This document shows positions 56,031-63,656 of a stretch of DNA of 63,656 nt, one piece after another; the first letter of the stretch is position 1, and each line of letters opens with the position of its first letter. A model generated the notes under the pieces. That model searched no databases and was not told the DNA's origin. It was given only the letters and a program-made list of their open reading frames with translations. The position numbers and the translations under genes were made by a program. The DNA is from a virus (lineage: Duplodnaviria > Caudoviricetes). Where the stretch lies: positions 1 through 63,656 of IMG/VR virus record IMGVR_UViG_3300036859_000369. One strand, written 5' to 3'.

Positions 56031-56513
56031 TCATTTCGGAATGACTCGGACAGCCATGCCGGTGATACCACTCATCATCATCTGGAGACCCTGTGCACCG
56101 GTCGGGTACGGCACGATCTCGACGCCCAACGCGTCCAGGTGGGCAACCCAGTCGGCCAGTTGCAGGATGGCTGCATCGTACGCCGCCTGCACCGGCCGGC
56201 CAGTCGTGTCGTCGCGCTCGCCCTGCACAAGGACGGCAATACACTCATCCTTGTGGTAGGCGTCCGTCACGCTATCGGGCGGATAGACGCGATCATCCTC
56301 GAAACCCGGTATCCGGACGATATCCGAGATGTTGATGTCGAACGGCGACGCGTACACGTACCGCGTCGGCCGGTAAGCGATGTGGTGATCACCATGTCGC
56401 AACCCGACGCATGGTCGCATGATACCGATCTCGCCCTGATCCTCGAATACGATCCTATGCGCCTGTGCGAACGCCTCGATGCGTTGCCGTGCGAGCGCTA
56501 CTATTACTGCCAT
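56031..56513 (-). CDS. Hypothetical protein
   Basis: AAGGGG RBS; ends in a GTCATT palindrome. Confidence 0.6.
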   Translation of the reverse strand: MAVIVALARQRIEAFAQAHRIVFEDQGEIGIMRPCVGLRHGDHHIAYRPTRYVYASPFDINISDIVRIPGFEDDRVYPPDSVTDAYHKDECIAVLVQGERDDTTGRPVQAAYDAAILQLADWVAHLDALGVEIVPYPTGAQGLQMMMSGITGMAVRVIPK

Positions 56514-56533
56514 GGGGCACCCCTTTCTATGCG

Positions 56534-57757
56534 TCAGTCGTGGACGCAGACGATACACGGACACGTCGGACCGCCAAATGCTTCATGCCAAAGATATCTC
56601 AAGGCAATTTCAGCTTGGGCAGGTACGACCGCGTTCCCCGCTTGCCGGAGGCGGTCAGTGCGTGGGCAGTTGCACCCCGGCACGTCCAGCCGATGCCATT
56701 GTTCCGAAACATCAGCCAATCCGTAAACCACGGATTCAGGCGTAGCAGGCGCCAGCCATGGGCTAGATCCGATGATGTCGCGCCATCTGTCAGGGTCGCC
56801 GGGTCCGGGCGGCCAATCAGGTCCGGGGTTGCTCGAACTGCCTGCCGTCCGAGCAACCCGTTCGTCGGTACGTTCACGTCCTGACAGGCGCCGTCCTTCC
56901 AGTCCCGTGACGTTGCCGTCATCCAGTGGCGAGCCTGCGATGACAGGTCCACCTGCCGCTTGCCACGATCCGTCATCCCCTTTGCTGCTACGTCCCGCGC
57001 GTTCATCAGGCGGCCGCCGTTCGGTACATTGGCCGTCATCCATAGGCGTTGTGACACTTCCTGTGCCACGATCCCCAACGGCCCCTGACCGACCCGTCCT
57101 GTGTGGTGCATGTTGCGCGCATGCCATCCGTCCGGATGTTCCGACTGATTGAACAGACCGGCGTCCGGTGTGGGCCATGTCTGGCCGCCATCCGAATATG
57201 AAGAGTCGGATCCGGCGGTGTGGCGCGCCTGCGTCAGACGCTTTGACCACCGCGCACGTAAACCGGTAGCCCAGCGCTTGAAGATCCTGGCCGATTCTTC
57301 CGAGTCCGTCCGGGTGTCCGATGAGGTTGCTAACGTTCTCAATGAACACCAGGGGAGGGCGCATTTCTCCCAGGACGCGGGCCGTCTGTGCCCACAGATC
57401 CCGCGTATCAGCGGCACCGGCCTGTCGCCCTGCCACTGAGTACGGCTGGCATGGAATTCCGCCGACCAGTAGGTCAGCACGGCCGCGCAACGGTCGTCCG
57501 TCGAACGTGCGAAGGTCGCTCCAAACAGGTGCCGCAGGTAGGCGTCCGCTTTCCATATGCGACGCCAGGACGACGACGTTTGTAAGCTCGATTTCCACAT
57601 ACACGAGCGGGACAATGCCACGGATAACCCGGTGAATGGCGAGATCAAGTCCACCGACCCCGCTACAGACGCTAACGACGGTTGCAGGACGGTTTCGGGC
57701 ACATAGACGAACATCGGTGCACGGACCCCCTCTGACGGCTCGCTCAGACCGTCTCAT
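56534..57757 (-). CDS. DNA (cytosine-5) methyltransferase, main chain
   Basis: CSGVGG, GGIPCQPYS, FIENV, APHRRIRLF, QAGNAVVP. Confidence 0.92.
   Translation of the reverse strand: MRRSERAVRGGPCTDVRLCARNRPATVVSVCSGVGGLDLAIHRVIRGIVPLVYVEIELTNVVVLASHMESGRLPAAPVWSDLRTFDGRPLRGRADLLVGGIPCQPYSVAGRQAGAADTRDLWAQTARVLGEMRPPLVFIENVSNLIGHPDGLGRIGQDLQALGYRFTCAVVKASDAGAPHRRIRLFIFGWRPDMAHTGRRSVQSVGTSGRMACAQHAPHRTGRSGAVGDRGTGSVTTPMDDGQCTERRPPDERAGRSSKGDDGSWQAAGGPVIAGSPLDDGNVTGLEGRRLSGRERTDERVARTAGSSSNPGPDWPPGPGDPDRWRDIIGSSPWLAPATPESVVYGLADVSEQWHRLDVPGCNCPRTDRLRQAGNAVVPAQAEIALRYLWHEAFGGPTCPCIVCVHD
56599..57714 (-). CDS. Nested alternative-frame ORF, probable second MTase subunit
   Basis: 371 aa open inside the MTase gene; WPTPDA, WMTATSRDWK, RLNPWFTDWLM. 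Confidence 0.6.
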   Translation of the reverse strand: MFVYVPETVLQPSLASVAGSVDLISPFTGLSVALSRSCMWKSSLQTSSSWRRIWKADAYLRHLFGATFARSTDDRCAAVLTYWSAEFHASRTQWQGDRPVPLIRGICGHRRPASWEKCALPWCSLRTLATSSDTRTDSEESARIFKRWATGLRARWSKRLTQARHTAGSDSSYSDGGQTWPTPDAGLFNQSEHPDGWHARNMHHTGRVGQGPLGIVAQEVSQRLWMTANVPNGGRLMNARDVAAKGMTDRGKRQVDLSSQARHWMTATSRDWKDGACQDVNVPTNGLLGRQAVRATPDLIGRPDPATLTDGATSSDLAHGWRLLRLNPWFTDWLMFRNNGIGWTCRGATAHALTASGKRGTRSYLPKLKLP

Positions 57758-58506
57758 GATCTGTCCTGGGCGGGCTTGTGTCGCCAGATGCAGCCCGTAC
57801 AACGACCGTGGCTAGCGTACGCATAGTCCGTCGTTCCGCAATCCTCACAGACCGTGTAAAATCGCGACCAGCGCGGGGTTGGTGCGTCGATCCGGTAGGT
57901 ATCTGTCGCCGGACGCGCTACCAGTCGATACCCAACACCCGAGCACGACAGGAACAGATCGCCACATGGATGCAACCGTCTACGCACACGCGACATATGC
58001 GAACGCAGGAACGCAAAGATCCCGTTTTTTGGTACACGGTCAACGGGATCGTCGCGCCCCCATACGGCAGCAACTATGTCCCCGACTGGCACGGCTGCAT
58101 CCAGATGCTCAGCCAGATACAACACAGTCCGGATCTCTAGCGGCCCCAGGTGAATGTCCCGTCCATTGACCAGCACGGTTGCCCGTGTCGGATCGATCAC
58201 CAGTCCGCCGGTCCGGACCACCTGTCCGCGTTGTGGGCCGGGGGACAGGGACATGCCGTATTCTTCGTGGGTAAGCGGATCGTGCAGCACCACATACCGC
58301 GAAAATACCTGCCCGATAATGAGTACCCGGACTCGCCGGCACGTCTCGCCGCAACCCGCTCCGCGCCATTCCCGGTCTGTCAGCGCGTCGCCCGGATCGG
58401 TCCCGCGTGTGCTATACTGATCGTGCTGCTGACCTGCCATCGGCAGTACCCCTTTGACAACGCCCGGACGGATGGTGTGTCCGGGCGTTGTTGTGTTCGC
58501 CGTCAT
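57754..58506 (-). CDS. OmpR/PhoB-type winged-helix protein (no receiver domain) with C-terminal Zn motif
   Basis: GGLVIDP...IHLGPLE..VLYLA...AVWG...LRSHMSRVRRRL...GVGYRL; start may be 58440. Confidence 0.75.
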   Translation of the reverse strand: MTANTTTPGHTIRPGVVKGVLPMAGQQHDQYSTRGTDPGDALTDREWRGAGCGETCRRVRVLIIGQVFSRYVVLHDPLTHEEYGMSLSPGPQRGQVVRTGGLVIDPTRATVLVNGRDIHLGPLEIRTVLYLAEHLDAAVPVGDIVAAVWGRDDPVDRVPKNGIFAFLRSHMSRVRRRLHPCGDLFLSCSGVGYRLVARPATDTYRIDAPTPRWSRFYTVCEDCGTTDYAYASHGRCTGCIWRHKPAQDRS

Positions 58507-58724
58507 AGCGTCGGCATCGCATTGACGGCTCGTTCCAGTCGGTCGGCCGCCTCAGACATCACGTCGCCGGTTGCGCTCGCCCGCAACACCATCACCGCGT
58601 GCTGGGCTGCCTCTCGGAGCTCTTTCCACTGTCGAATGCGGGCTGTGCGGCCCAGGTCGCCAGCCATCTCCGGTAGCACCATCTGGCCCGTCTTCGTGCG
58701 CCTGACCGATCGTTGTGCAGCCAT
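58503..58724 (-). CDS. Hypothetical protein
   Basis: Tightly packed ORF. Confidence 0.5.
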   Translation of the reverse strand: MAAQRSVRRTKTGQMVLPEMAGDLGRTARIRQWKELREAAQHAVMVLRASATGDVMSEAADRLERAVNAMPTL

Positions 58725-58725
58725 G

Positions 58726-59049
58726 CTAGAGCTGTCCGTTGGCCCGCATGCCCAGAATGGTGGATACGATCAACGCAACCGTATAGACCCAGAACATAAA
58801 CGTCATACCTCGGACAAACGGACTGACTTCGGCTGCTGTCAACGGGAACGCCCGGCGGATCGACTCCAGGATCGGCCGCACAATCGCCCTACGGGAAGAT
58901 GCATTCGCAGTCAGTCCGGGGTTTTCGACAATTCCAACACGCCCGGCCCAGCCATGCGCGCGCCTCCGGAGGCAAGCTGCTGATGTCGATCGCCCCGTCT
59001 CGATTGAAAGCATCGGCCATTGCTTGAATCTCCTGGTTGGTTGGTTCAT
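58726..59049 (-). CDS. Hypothetical protein with C-terminal TM
   Basis: Hydrophobic C-terminus. Confidence 0.5.
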   Translation of the reverse strand: MNQPTRRFKQWPMLSIETGRSTSAACLRRRAHGWAGRVGIVENPGLTANASSRRAIVRPILESIRRAFPLTAAEVSPFVRGMTFMFWVYTVALIVSTILGMRANGQL

Positions 59050-59240
59050 CCATCAATCCCCCCTGCCGTCATTCCAGAATGACATCACGATCCGATACGT
59101 GATGTCGCGGTCGGACTCGCGGACCCAGATGTCCGCGACGGCCGAATTGACGATCCGGCAGACCGCGCGGGCACCCTGGTCGGTCGCCAGCCGGACAACT
59201 TGACGGGCAAACTGGTGTGTTACCCCTTTGGCAACCCAGA

Positions 59241-59618
59241 TCATGGCTTCTGTCGGTTCGCTGTTCGTTCGGCCAGCGTCCGCAACCGAAAATCCCGCAC
59301 AAATGCCGTCACTCCTTCCATGGTGACGAATGGAGCGCCTTCCCGGGCTTTCCAGGCGCCCCACATCGCATCGCCGGCGACCGTCAGGGCGTCAATCGTC
59401 CAGATTCCGGCTGCATCGACCTTTGCGACGTCCTGCGTCCCACCTTTCCAGTCCTGATAGGTCAGGCACGATCCCCGCAGATCCACAGTCAGAACCAGCC
59501 CCAACCCGTAATACTCTAACGTCTGCTCCCCGGCTTCCTTGTATCGGCGCTTCCGGCGCACCATGATGACGAGATAGTCGTCCTTTTTGAGTGGCACAAA
59601 CGTCCGGTCGTCGGCCAT
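59241..59618 (-). CDS. Hypothetical protein
   Basis: GGAG RBS. Confidence 0.55.
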   Translation of the reverse strand: MADDRTFVPLKKDDYLVIMVRRKRRYKEAGEQTLEYYGLGLVLTVDLRGSCLTYQDWKGGTQDVAKVDAAGIWTIDALTVAGDAMWGAWKAREGAPFVTMEGVTAFVRDFRLRTLAERTANRQKP

Positions 59619-59986
59619 TTATCGCTCCACATACCCTGGTATCCGCCCAAATGGGAACCGATCCGCGATCATCTCGGCAACATGTGTGGCCGGTTTTCGG
59701 GCAACTGCCTGCAATAGATCCGCATCGATCAGATGGGCGTACGTTGCTGACCGCACGACGGCCGATGCGGCTGCGAGTCGCCGGCCCTTCCGGATGCACG
59801 TGTGTCCGTCCGGATCCTGGCTTTCTAGCTTTGCGCGCCCGAGCCGTTGCCACCACGCCCCGGACTCGGCCAACCGGTGCGCCAGGATCACCCGCCCGCG
59901 CTTCAATCGTTCGTCATCACCGCTGCTGTCTGCCACCAGTCTACCCCTTCGGACAGGCCGGCGGGGTCTCCCGCCGGCCTGTCCGT

Positions 59987-60574
59987 CTACATCCCAGACC
60001 CGTCCATCCGTGCCGTTGACGAAAGTGGCCACCACGCGCGCAGATTGGCGTCGATCATCGGCGACGGCAACAGACATGCCGGACGGTGCCCGTACACCGT
60101 GTGCGGCCCCATCTCCGGCATGATGGCGTACCGGATGCATGCGCAGTTGCCCGGGGTCACGGACGCCTGGTCGCCGGTGTCCTCCGGTTCTTCGTCAGAG
60201 GGCGCCTGATTCTCGCCGGACAACTCTATGGTTGTCTCAGCCGTTTCCGCGCCCCCACGTCGCGCTCCGGGCCTCTGGGGGGCATCCTGGAAGATGTACG
60301 CGCGGCGCTCGGCATAGGCCACGGCCATCTCGTGCAGCTTTTCGGCCGCTACCACCCGGGCCTGGGCCTTGCAAACAGTCCGCCGGGCCGCCCTGACCGA
60401 CTCTGGCCCGATGCGACCGGCGAACCGCTGATTCGGCCAGTTCTGGAAATCAGACTCCGCATCGCTCAATGCCTGCGACTCCCGCTCGACAATGTCTCGG
60501 GCCAGGGCAACGATCGCGGCCCGTGGGTCGGTGTTCGGACCGATCGTCGTTCGATTCAGATGCTTCCCTGCCAT
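59987..60574 (-). CDS. Hypothetical protein
   Basis: AAGGGGTAC RBS. Confidence 0.55.
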   Translation of the reverse strand: MAGKHLNRTTIGPNTDPRAAIVALARDIVERESQALSDAESDFQNWPNQRFAGRIGPESVRAARRTVCKAQARVVAAEKLHEMAVAYAERRAYIFQDAPQRPGARRGGAETAETTIELSGENQAPSDEEPEDTGDQASVTPGNCACIRYAIMPEMGPHTVYGHRPACLLPSPMIDANLRAWWPLSSTARMDGSGM

Positions 60575-60586
60575 GGGGTACCCCTT

Positions 60587-60949
60587 TCAGTACGGAAAAT
60601 CATCGACGTCGTCACCGGTGTCGGCTCCAGATACCGCGTGCCTGTTCTTTGGTACGCGTTGCGCCGGCATCACGACACGGGCGCTGGCTGGCCGACAGAT
60701 GATGCAGTAGCGCGGTAGATTCTTATGGGTTTTGAGTCTCCTTTCATCCGTCCGGGTCAACCCCTGCCAGATCCCGGCAACGGTAAATGTGATCCCCTGA
60801 CGGAACGCTTCGGCCATGAACGCGGACCCGGTGCCGTTGGCGTGCTGGGCGATCCGCTTGTCTGCCGCCCCTTTGACCCAGCCCAGATAGTGCCTGTTCA
60901 GGCTCCCGGCCAATGGGCGCGACAGATGCAACAGGTACACGGACGCCAT
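60587..60949 (-). CDS. GIY-YIG-like nuclease
   Basis: VYLLH...HYLGW...RIAQH..G...ERRLK. Confidence 0.75.
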   Translation of the reverse strand: MASVYLLHLSRPLAGSLNRHYLGWVKGAADKRIAQHANGTGSAFMAEAFRQGITFTVAGIWQGLTRTDERRLKTHKNLPRYCIICRPASARVVMPAQRVPKNRHAVSGADTGDDVDDFPY

Positions 60950-60951
60950 GA

Positions 60952-61530
60952 TCAGAACGGCCTCAACGACTGCCGGGCCGCATCACGCGCTGCGATCTCG
61001 TCGGGTGTGAGCCAGCGATCCTCGTTCGCGTGCTCGCAGGCGTACTGATGCATGCTGCTTTCTGTGAAGCCAGTAGTCGCGTTCATCGCCCATGCGTACG
61101 TCCGCTGGAATCCGATCCAGTGCAGATGATCCAGGATGGCCGTATGATCGCCAATCAGCAGATCTAGCCCGTTCAGATCTGGCCATGCGTTCTGGGCCAG
61201 GTGGCGCTTTGCCGACCTGATAGCATCCTCACGGTTGACCTGACCGCACTCGATGACTGCGCCCACCGGAGAGAACATTGTCAGATGCTCCCAGTACCGA
61301 TAGCACCATCCGTTGATCGTACGGTACATCAGGACGCGCGCAGTCCCGTAGGCCATCATGGCTGGCTCCCACGACCCGCTGATGGCCTGCTCGATGGCAA
61401 CCAGCAACCTGTCGCGAGCGTCCGTTTTGAGTGGCGCTATCGCTTCCATCGGCCCCAGCGCAGCGCGATACGTACGGTGGCCCTGGCGCACTGAATAGCC
61501 GGTCCGTACTGGTTCGACCGTCAGTCCCAT
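60952..61530 (-). CDS. Hypothetical protein
   Basis: GGGAG RBS. Confidence 0.6.
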   Translation of the reverse strand: MGLTVEPVRTGYSVRQGHRTYRAALGPMEAIAPLKTDARDRLLVAIEQAISGSWEPAMMAYGTARVLMYRTINGWCYRYWEHLTMFSPVGAVIECGQVNREDAIRSAKRHLAQNAWPDLNGLDLLIGDHTAILDHLHWIGFQRTYAWAMNATTGFTESSMHQYACEHANEDRWLTPDEIAARDAARQSLRPF

Positions 61531-61531
61531 G

Positions 61532-61819
61532 TCAGACTCCCTTGACCGCTACAAGCGTGGTCGCCCGTCGCGGCGTGGTCCCGTACACCTTGCCATCTCG
61601 GCCGTTGCGATCGATGGACACCACGGTCATAGCCACCGATCTACCGGACGCATTCGGGCGGACGTCCTGCACCCGGGCTGTTGCCCCGTAGTTGTAGACC
61701 AGGATGTCGCCCATGGCCACGTCTCCGAGTGGTTTGGCCGCGTGCCAGCCGATGCCCTGGAGCCAGATGCACTGTCGCCCGTCAATCACGGTTGGTGCAT
61801 AGTCACTGCTTGCCATCAT
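61532..61819 (-). CDS. Hypothetical protein
   Basis: ATGA overlap. Confidence 0.55.
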   Translation of the reverse strand: MMASSDYAPTVIDGRQCIWLQGIGWHAAKPLGDVAMGDILVYNYGATARVQDVRPNASGRSVAMTVVSIDRNGRDGKVYGTTPRRATTLVAVKGV

Positions 61820-62022
61820 CGCCCCCTGTCGAACGTATTGCCGCAGTAGTAGCAGCGACGGATGGTGTTGCCCGATGGGAAATGGTGCCCGGTGGCACAC
61901 ACCGGACACGTCCAGGGCTGAACATTCGCCCGCTTGCACGACGCGCAATAGGAATCGTTGGGGCGGCGCATGTTTTCGCACCCATTCGCCGGACAGGGGA
62001 TTCGCTGCATCGTCGTTGCCAT
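61816..62022 (-). CDS. Small Cys-rich protein, first gene after P6
   Basis: Four Cys pairs; conserved RBS. Confidence 0.6.
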   Translation of the reverse strand: MATTMQRIPCPANGCENMRRPNDSYCASCKRANVQPWTCPVCATGHHFPSGNTIRRCYYCGNTFDRGR

Positions 62023-62065
62023 CTCGGTACCCCTTCGTTGTGTGGGCTGTCCGCCTCACACCCAC

Positions 62066-62094
62066 ACTATATCATGGTGGTATGTGGGTGTCAA
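62066..62094 (-). promoter_or_regulatory. sigma70 promoter P6 with degenerate operator
   Basis: TTGACA-17-TATAGT; ATACCACCATGATAT. Confidence 0.8.
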
Positions 62095-62136
62095 GGGGTT
62101 TTCAGGCAATTTCCGATCAGTTTTCAAAAGTCGTGG

Positions 62137-62376
62137 TCATTTCGGAATGACCCCTGCCGCGCGCAACTGCTGGGCGACGTTGTCAAGGATCATGATTTCA
62201 TTACCCAGGTGTCCGAGTTGCGTCGCCAGCGTGCCCGCGCTCCGGCCATCCGGCTGGTAGTGTTGGAGATCGGCGGCCAGCGCATCGTGCTTGCTGCGCT
62301 GAATGGTCAGCATGGCTTCCGTCTGCGTCAGGAGGGCTGACAGCTTGCCCGCGTCGATCGATGGCTGATCGTTCAT
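62137..62376 (-). CDS. Hypothetical coiled-coil protein
   Basis: ATGA overlap; ends in a GTCATT palindrome. Confidence 0.55.
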   Translation of the reverse strand: MNDQPSIDAGKLSALLTQTEAMLTIQRSKHDALAADLQHYQPDGRSAGTLATQLGHLGNEIMILDNVAQQLRAAGVIPK

Positions 62377-62969
62377 GATCCACCATCCTGGCCGGCCCAT
62401 GATTGCCCCGACAGAATACGCCTAATGGTGTTCTTTGACACCTTGTACTCTGCCACTAGGACACGAATTTTTACACGTTCCTCCGACCTTAGAAATCGGA
62501 TCTCATCGACTTCTTGTTTCGTCAGCTTTGCGCTAGGGTTACTCCCTCCTGTGCGTTGAACAGCGTGCAGTTTCGCATGCTCTGATTTTGTCAGAACTAC
62601 GAGGTTTGCAGGGTGATTGTCGTCAGACTGCCTATTGTCGTGGTGCACATCCTCATCGTCTCGCAGTGGGCGCCCGATTTCCCTTTCTGCTACATGCCTG
62701 TGCTCCAGGACAGTGCGCCCTTCAATACTTAGTCGAACGTACCCGCTCGGCAACACTACCCGCCCACCCTTCCAGTTATGGTGTCGCGCTCCGGTAAAAT
62801 GGACCTTACCTACCGGCCTAGACTCAATGCCGGCTTTCTTTAGTCTCAGAAAAACCGTACGCACCGCGCAAGCTAAATCGGCGGCAATCTGCTTCGAGGA
62901 CTCCCCCAGAAGATACCGATATACGATGTCGTCAGTATCTATGTCGTCGCGCCTATTCGTCCGTGTCAT
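62373..62969 (-). CDS. HNH endonuclease flanked by HTH motifs
   Basis: WKGGR...EHRHV....GRPL..DEDVHH.N....DNHPANL. Confidence 0.88.
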   Translation of the reverse strand: MTRTNRRDDIDTDDIVYRYLLGESSKQIAADLACAVRTVFLRLKKAGIESRPVGKVHFTGARHHNWKGGRVVLPSGYVRLSIEGRTVLEHRHVAEREIGRPLRDDEDVHHDNRQSDDNHPANLVVLTKSEHAKLHAVQRTGGSNPSAKLTKQEVDEIRFLRSEERVKIRVLVAEYKVSKNTIRRILSGQSWAGQDGGS

Positions 62970-63288
62970 GCTTGCCGCCGGACATTTGCGTCACGACCTC
63001 GTTGTACACACGTATTGCATCGCGTGCAGCATCATCAATAGATGCGCCATAAGATTTCACGGTCACAGCCGGCGGCCCCTTCTGACGGCCTGCAATCTCA
63101 ACGGACGACATTGGGGCCGGCGCTTCGAACACAGCAACGGACGACATGACCGCCTGTTCTGCCATGGCGTCACGTGTGGCGATTTCCAAGAGCTCATCGC
63201 ACGACTTCTGTATGTCCGTGCGGTAGGCGCCCGGTGCGTGTTCGGCATCCGCGTAAATTCGCCCAATAAGGTCACTGACGGTGCTCAT
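62953..63288 (-). CDS. Hypothetical protein
   Basis: AAGGGGTACC RBS. Confidence 0.55.
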   Translation of the reverse strand: MSTVSDLIGRIYADAEHAPGAYRTDIQKSCDELLEIATRDAMAEQAVMSSVAVFEAPAPMSSVEIAGRQKGPPAVTVKSYGASIDDAARDAIRVYNEVVTQMSGGKHDTDE

Positions 63289-63398
63289 TTTCGGTACCCC
63301 TTTTAGAATGCCGACACAAGGTCGGTTCGTTCGGTCTGTCGTGGTCGGCGCGCCATCGCTCGGCGGGCCTGCCCGATCTCCAGTTGCACGGCCAGCCT

Positions 63399-63656
63399 TC
63401 ACTCGTGTCGGTAACAATACTTCTGGGCTGCTGGAATTTTTCGTTTGCACTGACTCCCGATGACGTTATTGTGACCCGCTGTCACAATCAACCCCTCGCA
63501 CTGCATAAATGGTTTTCTATCCCTCAGACATGCTAGACACGTTTTCTTACCGGGCACTCTGGCTCTTTCGCTCGTCAACTTGAAACCGACAATCAAGTAC
63601 CAGGGCCCATTCCGGCAGATATCAGATTTTGTCTGCCCCCTTTCTACGCGATCCCT
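63399..63656 (-). CDS. 3' part of the junction-spanning HNH endonuclease
   Basis: In frame with the ORF starting at 530. Confidence 0.8.
   Translation of the reverse strand, partial: RDRVERGQTKSDICRNGPWYLIVGFKLTSERARVPGKKTCLACLRDRKPFMQCEGLIVTAGHNNVIGSQCKRKIPAAQKYCYRHE
63478..63656. repeat. Terminal direct repeat, right copy
   Basis: Matches 1-179. Confidence 0.97.

Noticed and set aside
22844-62151. Common C-terminal peptide signal VIPK/VILE
   Set aside because: Explained by the DNA palindrome overlapping the stop codon; the motif also occurs outside coding ends

Overview
The window is a probably complete, circularly permuted genome of a tailed (siphovirus-like) phage of about 63.5 kb. The last 179 bp repeat bases 1-179, and an HNH gene reads through that junction. 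Nearly all genes are on the minus strand. They comprise early genes behind six near-identical operator-bearing sigma70 promoters; replication genes (O-like initiator with iterons, DnaC-like ATPase, SSB); DNA-modification genes; terminase; an intein-containing portal; a ChaB/2H-phosphoesterase/protease fusion; capsid; a glycosyltransferase cluster; tail genes with a -1 frameshifted chaperone; and lysis enzymes. I recognised no integrase. The standout feature lies at about 41.3-46.4 kb. A gene for a winged-helix plus RAMP/Cas7-like protein is surrounded by four non-coding tracts with a strict 4-nt periodicity (sense strand C-R-N-N; plus strand G-N-N-Y). Each tract starts at about a stop codon and ends in a GC-rich hairpin. 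This is a candidate phage-encoded RNA-guided system with a non-CRISPR, period-4 guide code. Also notable are about 20 dispersed copies of a 16-bp palindrome (GTCATTYNRRAATGAC), a promoter-driven tRNA-like RNA lacking an anticodon loop, and a dual-frame C5 methyltransferase. All calls come from reading motifs by eye; no database searches were run.
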